From Prochlorococcus sp. MIT 0801 (GTDB lineage Bacteria > Cyanobacteriota > Cyanobacteriia > PCC-6307 > Cyanobiaceae), in contig NZ_CP007754.1 of NCBI RefSeq assembly GCF_000757865.1, forward strand, positions 1,440,001 through 1,472,000: a stretch of DNA of 32,000 nt. The letters run 5' to 3'. Shown in pieces: positions 8,935 to 18,389 of this stretch (positions are counted from its first letter, which is position 1; every line of letters begins with the position of its first letter). The position numbers and the translations under genes were made by a program. The notes beneath the pieces are model-generated. The model searched no databases and was not told the DNA's origin. It was given only the letters and a program-made list of their open reading frames with translations.

Positions 8935-10151
8935 CACAATCGAATTTCATTTCTGAAAGCAAGAGCAAAGAATATAAAGATATGAATCTGGGCATAGATC
9001 GTATGTCATTGGCTATTAATGCCATGGGAGATCCCTGCAAAAAAAAACCTGCTATTCACATAGCAGGAACAAATGGGAAAGGCTCTATTGGCGCTTTTAT
9101 TAATAGTGTTCTTAGCTTAGTAAATATCAAAACTGGAGTTACCACTTCTCCCCATTTGGTTGATTGGGTTGAGAGAATATGTATCAATAAGACTCCAATA
9201 TCAAAAGAAAAATTTAAATCATTAAGCCTGTCTCTTTCTCCAATTGCAAAAAAATATAGCTTGACTCCTTTTGAATGTGTAATTGCAATAGCACTTAAAT
9301 ATTTTACTTTAAGGGAAGTTGAACTTCTTATCCTTGAAGTAGGGCTTGGAGGTAGACTTGATGCGACAACCGCGCATCAATATAGACCTATTATTGCATT
9401 TGGAGCTATTGGGCTTGATCATTGTGAATACTTAGGCAATAGTCTAGAAAAAGTAGCTATTGAAAAAGCAGCCGTAATAACGACAAAGAGCACTGTCATT
9501 ACAGCTACTCAAGACAATATTGTAAAAAGAGTTTTAGAAGAGACTGCCAAGAGGAAACAAGCAGTCATTCATTGGGTAGATCCAATTCCATCAGACTGGG
9601 AACTCGGCCTATCAGGAGTAATACAGAAAGAAAATGCAGCTGTAGCCAAAGGGGTTATTGAATCCTTAAAAAATATTGGCTGGAATATTTCTGAAGGACA
9701 ACTTCGAGAAGGCTTATCTCTTGCTAAATGGCCTGGAAGACTTCAAACAACAAAATGGGAAGGGATGCCCATAGTTGTCGATGGTGCACATAATCCTCAT
9801 GCGGCTAATCAATTATCAATTGAAAGGAACACATGGACTAATCAAGAAAGTGGAGTTATTTGGATACTAGGAATTCAAAAAAGAAAAGACATGATAGGCA
9901 TTTTGCATAAACTAGTCAGAGAGAAAGATTTAGCTTGGATAGTTCCTGTCCCTGGCCAACAAAGCTGGTCAAAAGATCAAATTTTAAGTTTTTGCCCTGA
10001 ATACAAAGACCAAATCAAAGAAGCATTTAGTGTAGAAGAAGTTTTGTCAACACTTAAAAAACAACATAGATGGCCATCTCCACCACCAATCATTTCAGGA
10101 TCGCTATATTTAATAGGTGACCTTTTTCAAAGGAACATATTGACAAGTTAA
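8913..10151 (+). CDS. folC: Dihydrofolate synthase / folylpolyglutamate synthase
   Basis: It has a Mur-ligase-type P-loop (HIAGTNGKGS), ..EVGLGGRLDATT.., and a C-terminal domain with ..VDGAHNPHAA... It overlaps the argD end by 22 nt. Confidence 0.85.
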   Translation: MSDETFIAQSNFISESKSKEYKDMNLGIDRMSLAINAMGDPCKKKPAIHIAGTNGKGSIGAFINSVLSLVNIKTGVTTSPHLVDWVERICINKTPISKEKFKSLSLSLSPIAKKYSLTPFECVIAIALKYFTLREVELLILEVGLGGRLDATTAHQYRPIIAFGAIGLDHCEYLGNSLEKVAIEKAAVITTKSTVITATQDNIVKRVLEETAKRKQAVIHWVDPIPSDWELGLSGVIQKENAAVAKGVIESLKNIGWNISEGQLREGLSLAKWPGRLQTTKWEGMPIVVDGAHNPHAANQLSIERNTWTNQESGVIWILGIQKRKDMIGILHKLVREKDLAWIVPVPGQQSWSKDQILSFCPEYKDQIKEAFSVEEVLSTLKKQHRWPSPPPIISGSLYLIGDLFQRNILTS

Positions 10152-10176
10152 ATTGATTAAAACTGTAGCAATTAAA

Positions 10177-11529
10177 TCAATTGGATTTTAGATTCCACCC
10201 TTTGAGTTTACCTGGGTTGAGAATCCCTTTTGGATCAAAGTTACTCTTGGCTTGCACTTGATCAGAATCAATCACACCTAGACCTCCATCTTCAACAGTG
10301 ATTGTATGCGGATTAAAAATCACTGCACCAAGGTCTCTGCATTGACTGATTAATTGATTCATAGCTTCTTCACCTTGCCACTTAACAAGAGGAAGTGAAG
10401 CTAATCTTTGAACTCCATTTTGACGAACACATTCCAAATGCCATAAAAGATTTGATCCCCAATCGGATTTCAATTTTTTCATCATTTCTAACTCAGGCTG
10501 AGGAAGAAGCATTTGCAAGTATGTCCAATTAGGATCGATGCCACGCATATGTAAAGTCGTGTGGTTCCAAGAAAGCTCTCGAAGGCCTGTCCCTGCCTTA
10601 AGATTTTCTGGACCTAAGTCATCAAAATCTGCGCCAGCAGATTTCGCAAGTCGCTCAATGGTACTAACACCATCAGGTGAAACCAAAAGTAAAATCCTAT
10701 GTTTACTTGAAGGTTGACCGGACCCAGAGGGAAGGCAAGTAACAATTTCTTTCTCTAACAAAGTTCCTAAATAAAGCTCAAGTGCTGCACAACTAAATTT
10801 GCTTAACAAGTCAACCGCCTGATCCAAATCAAAACAATCGACTACTATTTGTTGCCATTCTACATATGGAGCAGTTGTTAATTTCAATGCAGTAATAATT
10901 CCGTTGGTTCCATAAGCATGATTTAAAGCTTCGGAATTGTTTGCATTCAATTCAAGTTTTCTTGGTGAATCCTCAGTCGTTATTACTTCTAAGGCCTGCA
11001 AATGCCCAGGATCTCTGAGGAAGCCCCAACGAACAGATCCTATTCCGCCTGAACCGCCGGCAATAAAGCCACCAATAGAAGCGCTTCTCCATGTGCTCGG
11101 AAGCAAACGTAACTGACGGCCATGCTTGACTAACTCATCATTAATATCTCTAAGTAAACAACCAGATTCAACAGTAATTTCACCTGATTTTAAATCGAAA
11201 TTTCTAATTTTCCTAAGACCAGACATAACCATAACGACTCCACCGTTAAGTGGAACACACTGACCATAATTTCCTGTTCCAGAGCCTCTAAGAGTCAACG
11301 GAGTTGAATACTTATTACACATTTGAGCCACAACAATAATTGCATCTACCGAAAGCGGTCGAACAACTATGTCAGCCAAACAATCTTTTAATTCATCAAT
11401 TAATATTGGAGAATAATCAAAGAAGTCTTTAGAGAACCTTTTTAAATCACTAGTTTTTTGATAGATCTCTAGATCGGGTATTGATTTTAGTTCACTTAAA
11501 AGTAACTCTACTTTCTCTGTATTAGTCAT
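10177..11529 (-). CDS. FAD-binding (PCMH-type) oxidase/dehydrogenase, GlcD-like
   Basis: The N-terminal FAD-binding domain pattern is present (..PLTLRGSGTGNYGQCVPLNGGVVMVMSGL..). The start is in an ATGA overlap with the stop of the upstream amidohydrolase gene. Confidence 0.75.
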   Translation of the reverse strand: MTNTEKVELLLSELKSIPDLEIYQKTSDLKRFSKDFFDYSPILIDELKDCLADIVVRPLSVDAIIVVAQMCNKYSTPLTLRGSGTGNYGQCVPLNGGVVMVMSGLRKIRNFDLKSGEITVESGCLLRDINDELVKHGRQLRLLPSTWRSASIGGFIAGGSGGIGSVRWGFLRDPGHLQALEVITTEDSPRKLELNANNSEALNHAYGTNGIITALKLTTAPYVEWQQIVVDCFDLDQAVDLLSKFSCAALELYLGTLLEKEIVTCLPSGSGQPSSKHRILLLVSPDGVSTIERLAKSAGADFDDLGPENLKAGTGLRELSWNHTTLHMRGIDPNWTYLQMLLPQPELEMMKKLKSDWGSNLLWHLECVRQNGVQRLASLPLVKWQGEEAMNQLISQCRDLGAVIFNPHTITVEDGGLGVIDSDQVQAKSNFDPKGILNPGKLKGWNLKSN

Positions 11530-12839
11530 TGGTGAGAATTGTTGAATGTTGATTTTTTGTTTTTAGGTAATTCATTTAAGAATTCGCCATTAACTACTAC
11601 TCTTCTTTTAGGTCTTTCAGACAAAGCTTTTACCCAACTATTTGAATCTAACAAAACAAAATCGGCAGGACTTTCCTTCTGTAAAACGCCATCCCATTGA
11701 AGCTTAAGAATACTTGATGCGGAGGAGGTAAATGGAGAAAGGCCCAATCTGTCCCAGGGAGCTAAATGAGCAATTGGCATTGAAAAAGCCATTAAATTTA
11801 TTGGATCAAAATTAGAGCATGGAAACCATGCATCATTTACATTGTCCCCTCCTACAGATACAACAACCCCAGCCTTTTGAAGTTGAAATATTGGAGCTAG
11901 AGGTCTTTTAATTAAAGTAGATCGATCATTTCTACCGAGCAGCCAAGAATTCGTAAGTGGTAAAGCAACAACATTTAATTTGTTTTCAGCCATTTCCTTT
12001 GCCAAATTTGAAATCGATTTTTCTCTTAGTAAAGCCATACTGCTCAAATGACTACAAGTTATTGATATCTCATTTTTAATACGGCCCAATACTTCAAGAA
12101 GCAATTTCACCCCTGCAGCAGGACAAGACTGAGACTCATCAATATGAAGATCAATATCACAATTAAGTCTATTTGCAAGTTGAACTAAGTGTAATAAAGA
12201 CTTAATTGTATTCTTTTTATTAAAAGGAGGCGCTATGACTCCTCCCAGGAGATCTCCATTCAAAGCAACTCTTTGCGCTAAAAGCTCACCTTCATACGTT
12301 TGCCAAAATTCTAATGGGACTAAAGCCACAAATTGTAAGAAAATTTTGTCTCGCCATTTTTTCCTAACATCATCTAATAGATCCCAATCATTCATTACAT
12401 TTACTCCAAAGCTGTCTATATGAGATCTAATTGCACGGATACCATTAACAAGGGCTAGGTTCAGAGATTTTTCAACACTAAAAAACAATTGGCTTTGAGA
12501 CCTACTTTTATAGTCATTTAAATTGGCTACTAAAGCTTCTTTATAACTCCCTTTATAATTGGGAGCTCGAGACCATGAAAATGCTTTATCTAAATGAGCA
12601 TGAGGTTCAGAAAATCTAGGTAAAAGGATTTCATTAGGAACTTTTGAAGCATCTTTTAAACCTTTAATTGAGCAGATTTTCCCATGTCTCCACTCAACTT
12701 GAAGCGAACATAACCCCTCAAAGTCAACTGTTACTCCCAAAATATTTGCACCCTCTCCAATCAAGCATCTGGGTACCAACACATCAATACGACCTGATGC
12801 TTTTGTAGATAAATTGGATTCTTCTTTTTCGAAAGTCAC
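11526..12839 (-). CDS. codA: Cytosine-deaminase-like metal-dependent amidohydrolase
   Basis: It has the HxH metal motif in a CodA-like context (..PRFSEPHAHLDKAF..), a later ..DLHIDES.. motif, and a C-terminal ..GGDNVNDAWFP.. segment typical of the CodA subgroup. The substrate is not proven. Confidence 0.7.
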   Translation of the reverse strand: MTFEKEESNLSTKASGRIDVLVPRCLIGEGANILGVTVDFEGLCSLQVEWRHGKICSIKGLKDASKVPNEILLPRFSEPHAHLDKAFSWSRAPNYKGSYKEALVANLNDYKSRSQSQLFFSVEKSLNLALVNGIRAIRSHIDSFGVNVMNDWDLLDDVRKKWRDKIFLQFVALVPLEFWQTYEGELLAQRVALNGDLLGGVIAPPFNKKNTIKSLLHLVQLANRLNCDIDLHIDESQSCPAAGVKLLLEVLGRIKNEISITCSHLSSMALLREKSISNLAKEMAENKLNVVALPLTNSWLLGRNDRSTLIKRPLAPIFQLQKAGVVVSVGGDNVNDAWFPCSNFDPINLMAFSMPIAHLAPWDRLGLSPFTSSASSILKLQWDGVLQKESPADFVLLDSNSWVKALSERPKRRVVVNGEFLNELPKNKKSTFNNSHQ

Positions 12840-13043
12840 TTAATAATTACGATCATCAAGTCAAAAGCCTGTTTTTAAGGCCACACAAATCCAGAGTAAC
12901 TTCAATATCTTTGAAATGCGTTGTGATCAACATACAAAAAGTGATAATTCTAGAAACTTCCAAGTTAGAATGTTCAGAGAATATATCCGCTGAATCATTT
13001 TGAGATTTCAAAATGACAAAAGTTTGATAAATTCTCATTTCTA

Positions 13044-13117
13044 GGCGGGTGTCGCCAAGTGGTTAAGGCAGCGGCTTGTGGTGCCGCCATCCGGGGGTTC
13101 GAATCCCCTCATCCGCC
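13044..13117 (+). tRNA. tRNA-His (anticodon GUG) with encoded G-1 opposite C73
   Basis: A cloverleaf can be folded by hand. The acceptor stem pairs GCGGGUG with CAUCCGC. An extra 5' G can pair with discriminator C, which is the His identity feature. The anticodon stem GCGGC/GCCGC has loop UUGUGGU. Confidence 0.85.
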
Positions 13118-13201
13118 CTTAAATTCTTTTTTTATTTAAATTCCTTTTGAATAAATTTCTTAGAATAATCTTAGTTCAAAGAAAAAATATATAGCTTAAC
13201 G

Positions 13202-14593
13202 ATGACAACAGTTCAACTCCAAAAAACAAATCAACATCCAAATAAGGCCCCAAAAGGTAGCTATTGGATTACAACTTTTGGATGTCAAATGAACAAAGCT
13301 GACTCAGAAAGGATGTCAGGGATACTTGAATATATGGGTTATTACCCTGCAAAAGAAGAACTTAAAGCAGATTTAGTTCTTTACAACACATGTACTATTC
13401 GTGATAGTGCTGAGCAAAAAGTTTATAGCTACCTAGGGAGACAAGCAATAAGAAAAAGATCATTACCAAATCTAAAAATTATCGTTGCAGGTTGCTTGGC
13501 ACAGCAAGAAGGAGAATCTCTTTTAAGACGAGTTCCGGAAATAGATCTTCTAATGGGACCTCAACATTGCAATCGTCTAGAAAGTTTGCTCAATCAAGTT
13601 GATAGTGGCCAACAAGTACTTGCTACTGAAGAACAATTTATACTTGAAGACATAACAACTCCAAGAAGAGATAGTTCTATTTGCGGATGGGTAAATATTA
13701 TTTACGGATGTAATGAACGCTGTACATATTGTGTGGTTCCTTCTGTGAGAGGAAAAGAACAATCAAGAACACCAGAAGCTATTAAATCAGAAATAGAAGA
13801 TTTAGCCAAAAGTGGTTATAAAGAGATAACTCTTTTGGGACAGAATATAGATGCTTATGGCAGAGACTTTCAAAGTCCAAAGAAAGAAGGTTCTACACAA
13901 ATAACACTATCTTATTTATTAAAGTATATTCATAATATTGAAGGGATTGAACGTATTAGATTTGCAACGAGTCATCCTCGCTACTTTACTAAGGAATTAA
14001 TAGATACTTGCTCAGAACTGCCAAAAGTCTGCGAACACTTTCATATCCCATTTCAAAGTGGAAGTGATAAGATTCTAAAGAATATGGGGCGGGGCTATAC
14101 AATTGAAAGCTATAAAAATATTATTAATTACATCAAGGATCATATACCTAAAGCAGCAATTAGTGGGGATGCAATCGTAGCTTTTCCAGGAGAAAGTGAA
14201 ACGGATTATGAACAAACTTTATCATTAATTGATGAAATAAAATTTGATCATGTCAATACAGCCGCATACTCTCCTAGACCAAATACGCCAGCAGCTACGT
14301 GGCCTAGACAATTGAACGAAGATATAAAAGTAAAGAGACTTAGAGAAATAAATAATTTGGTTGAAAATATAGCTAAAGAAAGAAATCAAAGATATAAAAA
14401 TACATCTCAAGAAATACTTATTGAGGATATTAATCCAAAAGATAGTTTTCAATTAATGGGTCGAACACGTACAAATCGTCTTACTTTCTTCCCAAGATCA
14501 TCAGAAAATGGAGTAGAAAACAAACCCGGTGAACTAATCAAAGTAAAGATTACTGATGTTCGTCCTTTTTCTTTAACAGCCAAATTACTTTGA
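13202..14593 (+). CDS. miaB: tRNA-i6A37 methylthiotransferase (radical SAM)
   Basis: It has an N-terminal UPF0004 domain with Cys residues (..TFGCQMN..), the radical-SAM motif [11 protein letters not shown], and a C-terminal TRAM domain. Confidence 0.9.
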   Translation: MTTVQLQKTNQHPNKAPKGSYWITTFGCQMNKADSERMSGILEYMGYYPAKEELKADLVLYNTCTIRDSAEQKVYSYLGRQAIRKRSLPNLKIIVAGCLAQQEGESLLRRVPEIDLLMGPQHCNRLESLLNQVDSGQQVLATEEQFILEDITTPRRDSSICGWVNIIYGCNERCTYCVVPSVRGKEQSRTPEAIKSEIEDLAKSGYKEITLLGQNIDAYGRDFQSPKKEGSTQITLSYLLKYIHNIEGIERIRFATSHPRYFTKELIDTCSELPKVCEHFHIPFQSGSDKILKNMGRGYTIESYKNIINYIKDHIPKAAISGDAIVAFPGESETDYEQTLSLIDEIKFDHVNTAAYSPRPNTPAATWPRQLNEDIKVKRLREINNLVENIAKERNQRYKNTSQEILIEDINPKDSFQLMGRTRTNRLTFFPRSSENGVENKPGELIKVKITDVRPFSLTAKLL

Positions 14594-14647
14594 AAAGATG
14601 TTACATATCAAAAATCATACAAAATTAACAAAATAAATTCATCACAT

Positions 14648-15694
14648 ATGTTATCCAATAAGCCTGTTATAGGAGTTGTTTTTGGAGGTAAATCTAGTGA
14701 GCATGAAGTCTCTATAAAATCCGCAAAAACTATTTATAATGCGTTAAGACATTTAAGTAACAAGGAACGTTATTTAGCAAGACCAATTTACATAGATAAA
14801 TCCGGTTATTGGCATGACTATATATTTTCAGAATCCATTTTACTTGATAAAAAAGATCATTTATTCTTTGAAGAAAAAAGAGTTAATCTCACCAATTTAT
14901 CAAGAATGGAAGATATTGATGTCTGGTTCCCTTGTCTTCATGGACCAAATGGAGAGGATGGTGTAATCCAAGGACTGTTTAAATCAACTGGAAAACCATT
15001 CGTAGGTTCGGGTGTTCTCGGGTCCGCATTGGGTATGGATAAAATAGCAATGAAATCAGTATTTAAATCATATTATTTACCTCAAGTTCCTTATATAAGC
15101 TTAAACAAAGCTGATATACAAAATAACTTGTATATGAAATCTATTTATGAAAAAATAAATGAAATAATTAGTTATCCTTGTTTTATTAAGCCTGCAAATC
15201 TAGGTTCTTCTGTCGGCATAACTAAAGCTTATTCAAAAGAAGAATTTATTATGGGAATAGAAGTTGCTGCAAAATATGATGAGAGAATTATAGTTGAAAA
15301 AAGTATAGAAGGAAGAGAACTTGAATGCGGAGTTTTAGGGAAATCAATCATGAAATCATCTGTTGTTGGGGAAGTTAAATTTCGAACTGATTGGTATACA
15401 TATGAGTCTAAATATAACGCGAATCTAAGCAGTACAATTATCCCAGCTGATTTAAATGTAGAGATAGCTAATAAGATACAAAAACTAGCTATCGAGGCCT
15501 GCAAAGCTATTAATGCTTATGGTTTAGCAAGAGTCGATTTTTTTTATCAAGAGAGTACTCAACAGATTTATATAAATGAAGTTAATACCTTGCCAGGCTT
15601 CACTAAAACAAGCATGTATCCGACATTGTGGGAAGCTTCTGGATTAAAACTAGAAAAACTTGTTGCTAGTCTCATAGAAACAGCTAAAGAATGA
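14648..15694 (+). CDS. ddl: D-alanine--D-alanine ligase
   Basis: The N-terminal motif is ..GGKSSEHEVS... An ATP-grasp core (..PCFIKPANLGSSVGI.., ..EVNTLPGFT..) is also present. Confidence 0.9.
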   Translation: MLSNKPVIGVVFGGKSSEHEVSIKSAKTIYNALRHLSNKERYLARPIYIDKSGYWHDYIFSESILLDKKDHLFFEEKRVNLTNLSRMEDIDVWFPCLHGPNGEDGVIQGLFKSTGKPFVGSGVLGSALGMDKIAMKSVFKSYYLPQVPYISLNKADIQNNLYMKSIYEKINEIISYPCFIKPANLGSSVGITKAYSKEEFIMGIEVAAKYDERIIVEKSIEGRELECGVLGKSIMKSSVVGEVKFRTDWYTYESKYNANLSSTIIPADLNVEIANKIQKLAIEACKAINAYGLARVDFFYQESTQQIYINEVNTLPGFTKTSMYPTLWEASGLKLEKLVASLIETAKE

Positions 15695-15730
15695 ATTAAC
15701 CATGACATTTTTAGATATCTTTCTCAAAAA

Positions 15731-16141
15731 ATGATTCACGGTCTCCTTTGGTTGCCATTACTGATGGCTTTTATCCTCATAGCCTCCCTTGGATGGATAG
15801 AGAGAAGGCGACAGAATCTCTACTTGGTTTGGGCTAAAGGTTCTGAGCTGGCCAAGCTTGATGGCACAGGAGCTGCTCGATTAAAAGCTGGCATTTTATG
15901 CTGGAGCAGCTTTGAGGCTGGAAGCTTTAAGGAGGAAGCAACTTTCGAAGTTAAGAAATTAGAAATGGTTGAGCTGATGGCTCTCAGTTCAGGTGAAGCT
16001 CCTTTAACAAAAGAATCTGAAGGACGTTGCCGATTAAGACTTGTTGGTTCAGGGAGAGAAATAGATGTCCCTTTTTCAGATGCTGAACGTGCTCGTCAAT
16101 GGATGGAAAAACTTATGTCCCGAGCAAGATGCGACCTTTGA
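15731..16141 (+). CDS. Uncharacterised single-pass membrane protein embedded in the ddl-ftsQ-ftsZ block
   Basis: One N-terminal TM helix (LLWLPLLMAFILIASLGW) is followed by a soluble domain of about 100 aa. The ORF is visibly more GC-rich than the flanking ddl and ftsQ genes, and its 3' end overlaps the ftsQ start. I recognise no family. Confidence 0.65.
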   Translation: MIHGLLWLPLLMAFILIASLGWIERRRQNLYLVWAKGSELAKLDGTGAARLKAGILCWSSFEAGSFKEEATFEVKKLEMVELMALSSGEAPLTKESEGRCRLRLVGSGREIDVPFSDAERARQWMEKLMSRARCDL

Positions 16142-16959
16142 AATCTCATACAAGAAAAAAAAGAACATCACATAAAAACAATCGAATATCAACTGAAAAA
16201 TTCTCGTTTTTTACTCAAAATAAAAACTTTTTAACTGAACTTTGGCAATTACTTTTTTTTACAAGCACTTCAATTTTTCTAATTCTTACATTTTTAAACC
16301 AAGCTTGGAAACCAATAAGTTTTGATCAAACTAAAATCACAGGTTTATCTGGAATAACAAAAAACGATATCAAAAAAACCACAAGTATTTTTTATCCTAA
16401 AAATTTGTTGGAAATAAATCCAAAAGAAGTTGAATCTTATTTATTAAAAAAGTTTCCTATTAAAGGAGTTTCAGTAAGCCGAACATTTTTCCCTCCAGAA
16501 ATTCACCTAAATATTTTAGAAAGAGAGCCAATCGCATTTGCAAGTCGAGTTTTTTCAAACAATTTTGAAAAAGGAATGATTGATATTGAAGGATCTTGGA
16601 TACCACTTCAATTTGTAAATAAATCAAAACAAAATAAAATAAAATTATCTATTGAGAACTGGAATCCAAATAAAAAAAAAGAAATCTTACTAATAATAAA
16701 AAATAGATTTATTTTTCAAAGCCCTCTTCAAAAAATCAAAATAAATCCTCTTCAAGAAATCAGCCTAAAAACGGAGCACTTCGATTTAGTCCTTATAGGC
16801 TCAGGAACTGATCGCTTAATCGAGCAAATTAACAAACTCAACCAGCTACAAAAATCATTACCAAATCTTTTAATCAACACAAAAGTAAAAATCGTGGATC
16901 TTAAAGATCCGACCAAACCAGAATTAAAAGTAGAAAGAATATTGAACGATGAGAGGTGA
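16099..16959 (+). CDS. ftsQ: Cell division protein FtsQ-like (POTRA-containing)
   Basis: It has a basic N-terminus, one TM helix (LLFFTSTSIFLILTFL), then a POTRA-like segment (..ITGLSGITKNDI..LLEINPKEVE..L..FPIKGVSVSRTFFPPEIHLNILEREPIA..). It sits directly upstream of ftsZ. The start is 16099 or the ATG at 16129. Confidence 0.7.
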   Translation: MDGKTYVPSKMRPLKSHTRKKRTSHKNNRISTEKFSFFTQNKNFLTELWQLLFFTSTSIFLILTFLNQAWKPISFDQTKITGLSGITKNDIKKTTSIFYPKNLLEINPKEVESYLLKKFPIKGVSVSRTFFPPEIHLNILEREPIAFASRVFSNNFEKGMIDIEGSWIPLQFVNKSKQNKIKLSIENWNPNKKKEILLIIKNRFIFQSPLQKIKINPLQEISLKTEHFDLVLIGSGTDRLIEQINKLNQLQKSLPNLLINTKVKIVDLKDPTKPELKVERILNDER

Positions 16960-17116
16960 AACCCTTGCAATAACTTGACTCTTTAGAGATCTTCAATATA
17001 TCCAGGTCAATTGTGGGTCAATCCTGGAAATTAATTTGTAAATCAATTTGAACCTATAAGCCAACAGAATTCATGGATGATGTTCATAATGCCCAAAACG
17101 AGTTCTAATCCTGAAT

Positions 17117-18226
17117 ATGGTGATGGGAATGGGAAACAAATCTAGTTTCAACATGGACGAAGGAATCCTACCCAGTCAATCTGCACGTATTGAGGTAATT
17201 GGCGTTGGGGGTGGTGGAAGTAATGCCGTCAACCGAATGATTAATAGTGACCTTGATGGAGTCACATATCGGGTGCTTAACACAGACGCTCAAGCTCTTA
17301 TCCAATCATCTGCTACTCATAGAGTCCAGCTTGGCCAAAGCCTAACTAGAGGTCTTGGGGCCGGGGGCAATCCAAGTATTGGGCAAAAGGCTGCAGAAGA
17401 ATCGAGAGCTGATCTTCAACAAGCCTTAGAAGGCGTTGACCTAGTGTTTATCGCCGCTGGCATGGGAGGAGGAACTGGAACTGGAGCAGCCCCTGTTGTG
17501 GCTCAAGTTGCGAAAGAAAGTGGAGCTTTAACAGTAGGAATAGTTACCAAACCATTTAGCTTTGAAGGCAAGCGTCGTTTAAGACAAGCTGATGAAGGTA
17601 TAGCAAGGCTTGCAGAGAATGTTGATACCTTAATTGTTATTCCAAACGACAGATTAAAAGACGTAATTTCAGGAGCACCTTTGCAAGAAGCATTCAGAAG
17701 CGCTGATGATGTTCTCATGAAAGGAGTTCAAGGAATAAGCGACATAATTACTTTCCCTGGATTGGTGAATGTAGATTTTGCTGATGTGCGTTCTGTTATG
17801 ACGGAAGCTGGTAGTGCGCTTCTAGGAATTGGTTTAGGTTCTGGAAGGTCAAGAGCTCTTGAAGCAGCTCAAGCAGCAATCAATAGTCCTCTTTTAGAAG
17901 CAGCTCGAATTGATGGTGCAAAAGGATGTGTAATAAATATAACTGGAGGGAAAGATATGACTCTGGAAGATATGACATCTGCATCTGAGGTCATATCTGA
18001 TGTTGTAGATCCAGAGGCAAATATCATTGTAGGTACAGTTGTTGATGAAAAACTTGAGGGGGAGATTCAGGTAACTGTTATTGCTACTGGATTCGACAGT
18101 AATCAAATTTATTCAAATGAAAGAAATAGAGCTAGACTCTCTCCTCAATCACTTTACGAACAACCAGAAGCCAGGGAAGCAGGTGCTTCAATTCCTGAGT
18201 TTTTACGTCTAAGACAAAATCGTTGA
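17117..18226 (+). CDS. ftsZ: Cell division GTPase FtsZ
   Basis: The tubulin signature [11 protein letters not shown], the [14 protein letters not shown] motif and the C-terminal conserved peptide ..IPEFLR.. are all present. Confidence 0.95.
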   Translation: MVMGMGNKSSFNMDEGILPSQSARIEVIGVGGGGSNAVNRMINSDLDGVTYRVLNTDAQALIQSSATHRVQLGQSLTRGLGAGGNPSIGQKAAEESRADLQQALEGVDLVFIAAGMGGGTGTGAAPVVAQVAKESGALTVGIVTKPFSFEGKRRLRQADEGIARLAENVDTLIVIPNDRLKDVISGAPLQEAFRSADDVLMKGVQGISDIITFPGLVNVDFADVRSVMTEAGSALLGIGLGSGRSRALEAAQAAINSPLLEAARIDGAKGCVINITGGKDMTLEDMTSASEVISDVVDPEANIIVGTVVDEKLEGEIQVTVIATGFDSNQIYSNERNRARLSPQSLYEQPEAREAGASIPEFLRLRQNR

Positions 18227-18250
18227 GGTTTATCAACTTACTTCGATTAA

Positions 18251-18349
18251 GGTGACCCGGAGTCCACGCCTGCTTTGAGCATCCCGTATGGCTGCTACCT
18301 TCCGGTCCTGACCAGGTTTGAGCGTCACAGCCGCATGGGGCCGAGTCTC
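18251..18349 (-). ncRNA. ffs: Signal recognition particle RNA (small bacterial 4.5S type)
   Basis: The reverse strand reads ..ACCUGGUCAGGACCGGAAGGUAGCAGCCA.., the universally conserved domain IV with a GGAA tetraloop. A closing helix pairs GACUCGG (18347-18341) with CCGGGUC (18260-18254). A TAGAAT -10 box at 18359-18354 lies about 7 nt upstream of the helix. This is a GC-rich island in an AT-rich spacer. Confidence 0.85.
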
Positions 18350-18389
18350 TAATATTCTAGCAATACATAAACACGTTATTAAGAATTAA

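Noticed and set aside
10151-10182. An AATTGATT...AATCAATT inverted repeat between the convergent folC and FAD-oxidase genes, considered as a bidirectional terminator.
   Set aside because: The stem is 8 bp and all A/T with a 16-nt loop and no flanking U-runs. It is too weak to call.
12856-13038. A 60-aa ORF on the minus strand between the codA-like gene and tRNA-His.
   Set aside because: It has no motif, no hydrophobic pattern and no RBS, and it fills a promoter-type spacer. It is exactly at the track length threshold and more likely non-coding, though I cannot exclude a small protein.
16995-17030. A CCAGG-TCAAT-TGTGGG-TCAAT-CCTGG symmetric element upstream of ftsZ.
   Set aside because: The arms are only 5 bp with an internal 5-nt direct repeat. 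That is within chance expectation for a 157-nt spacer, so I do not call it a site.
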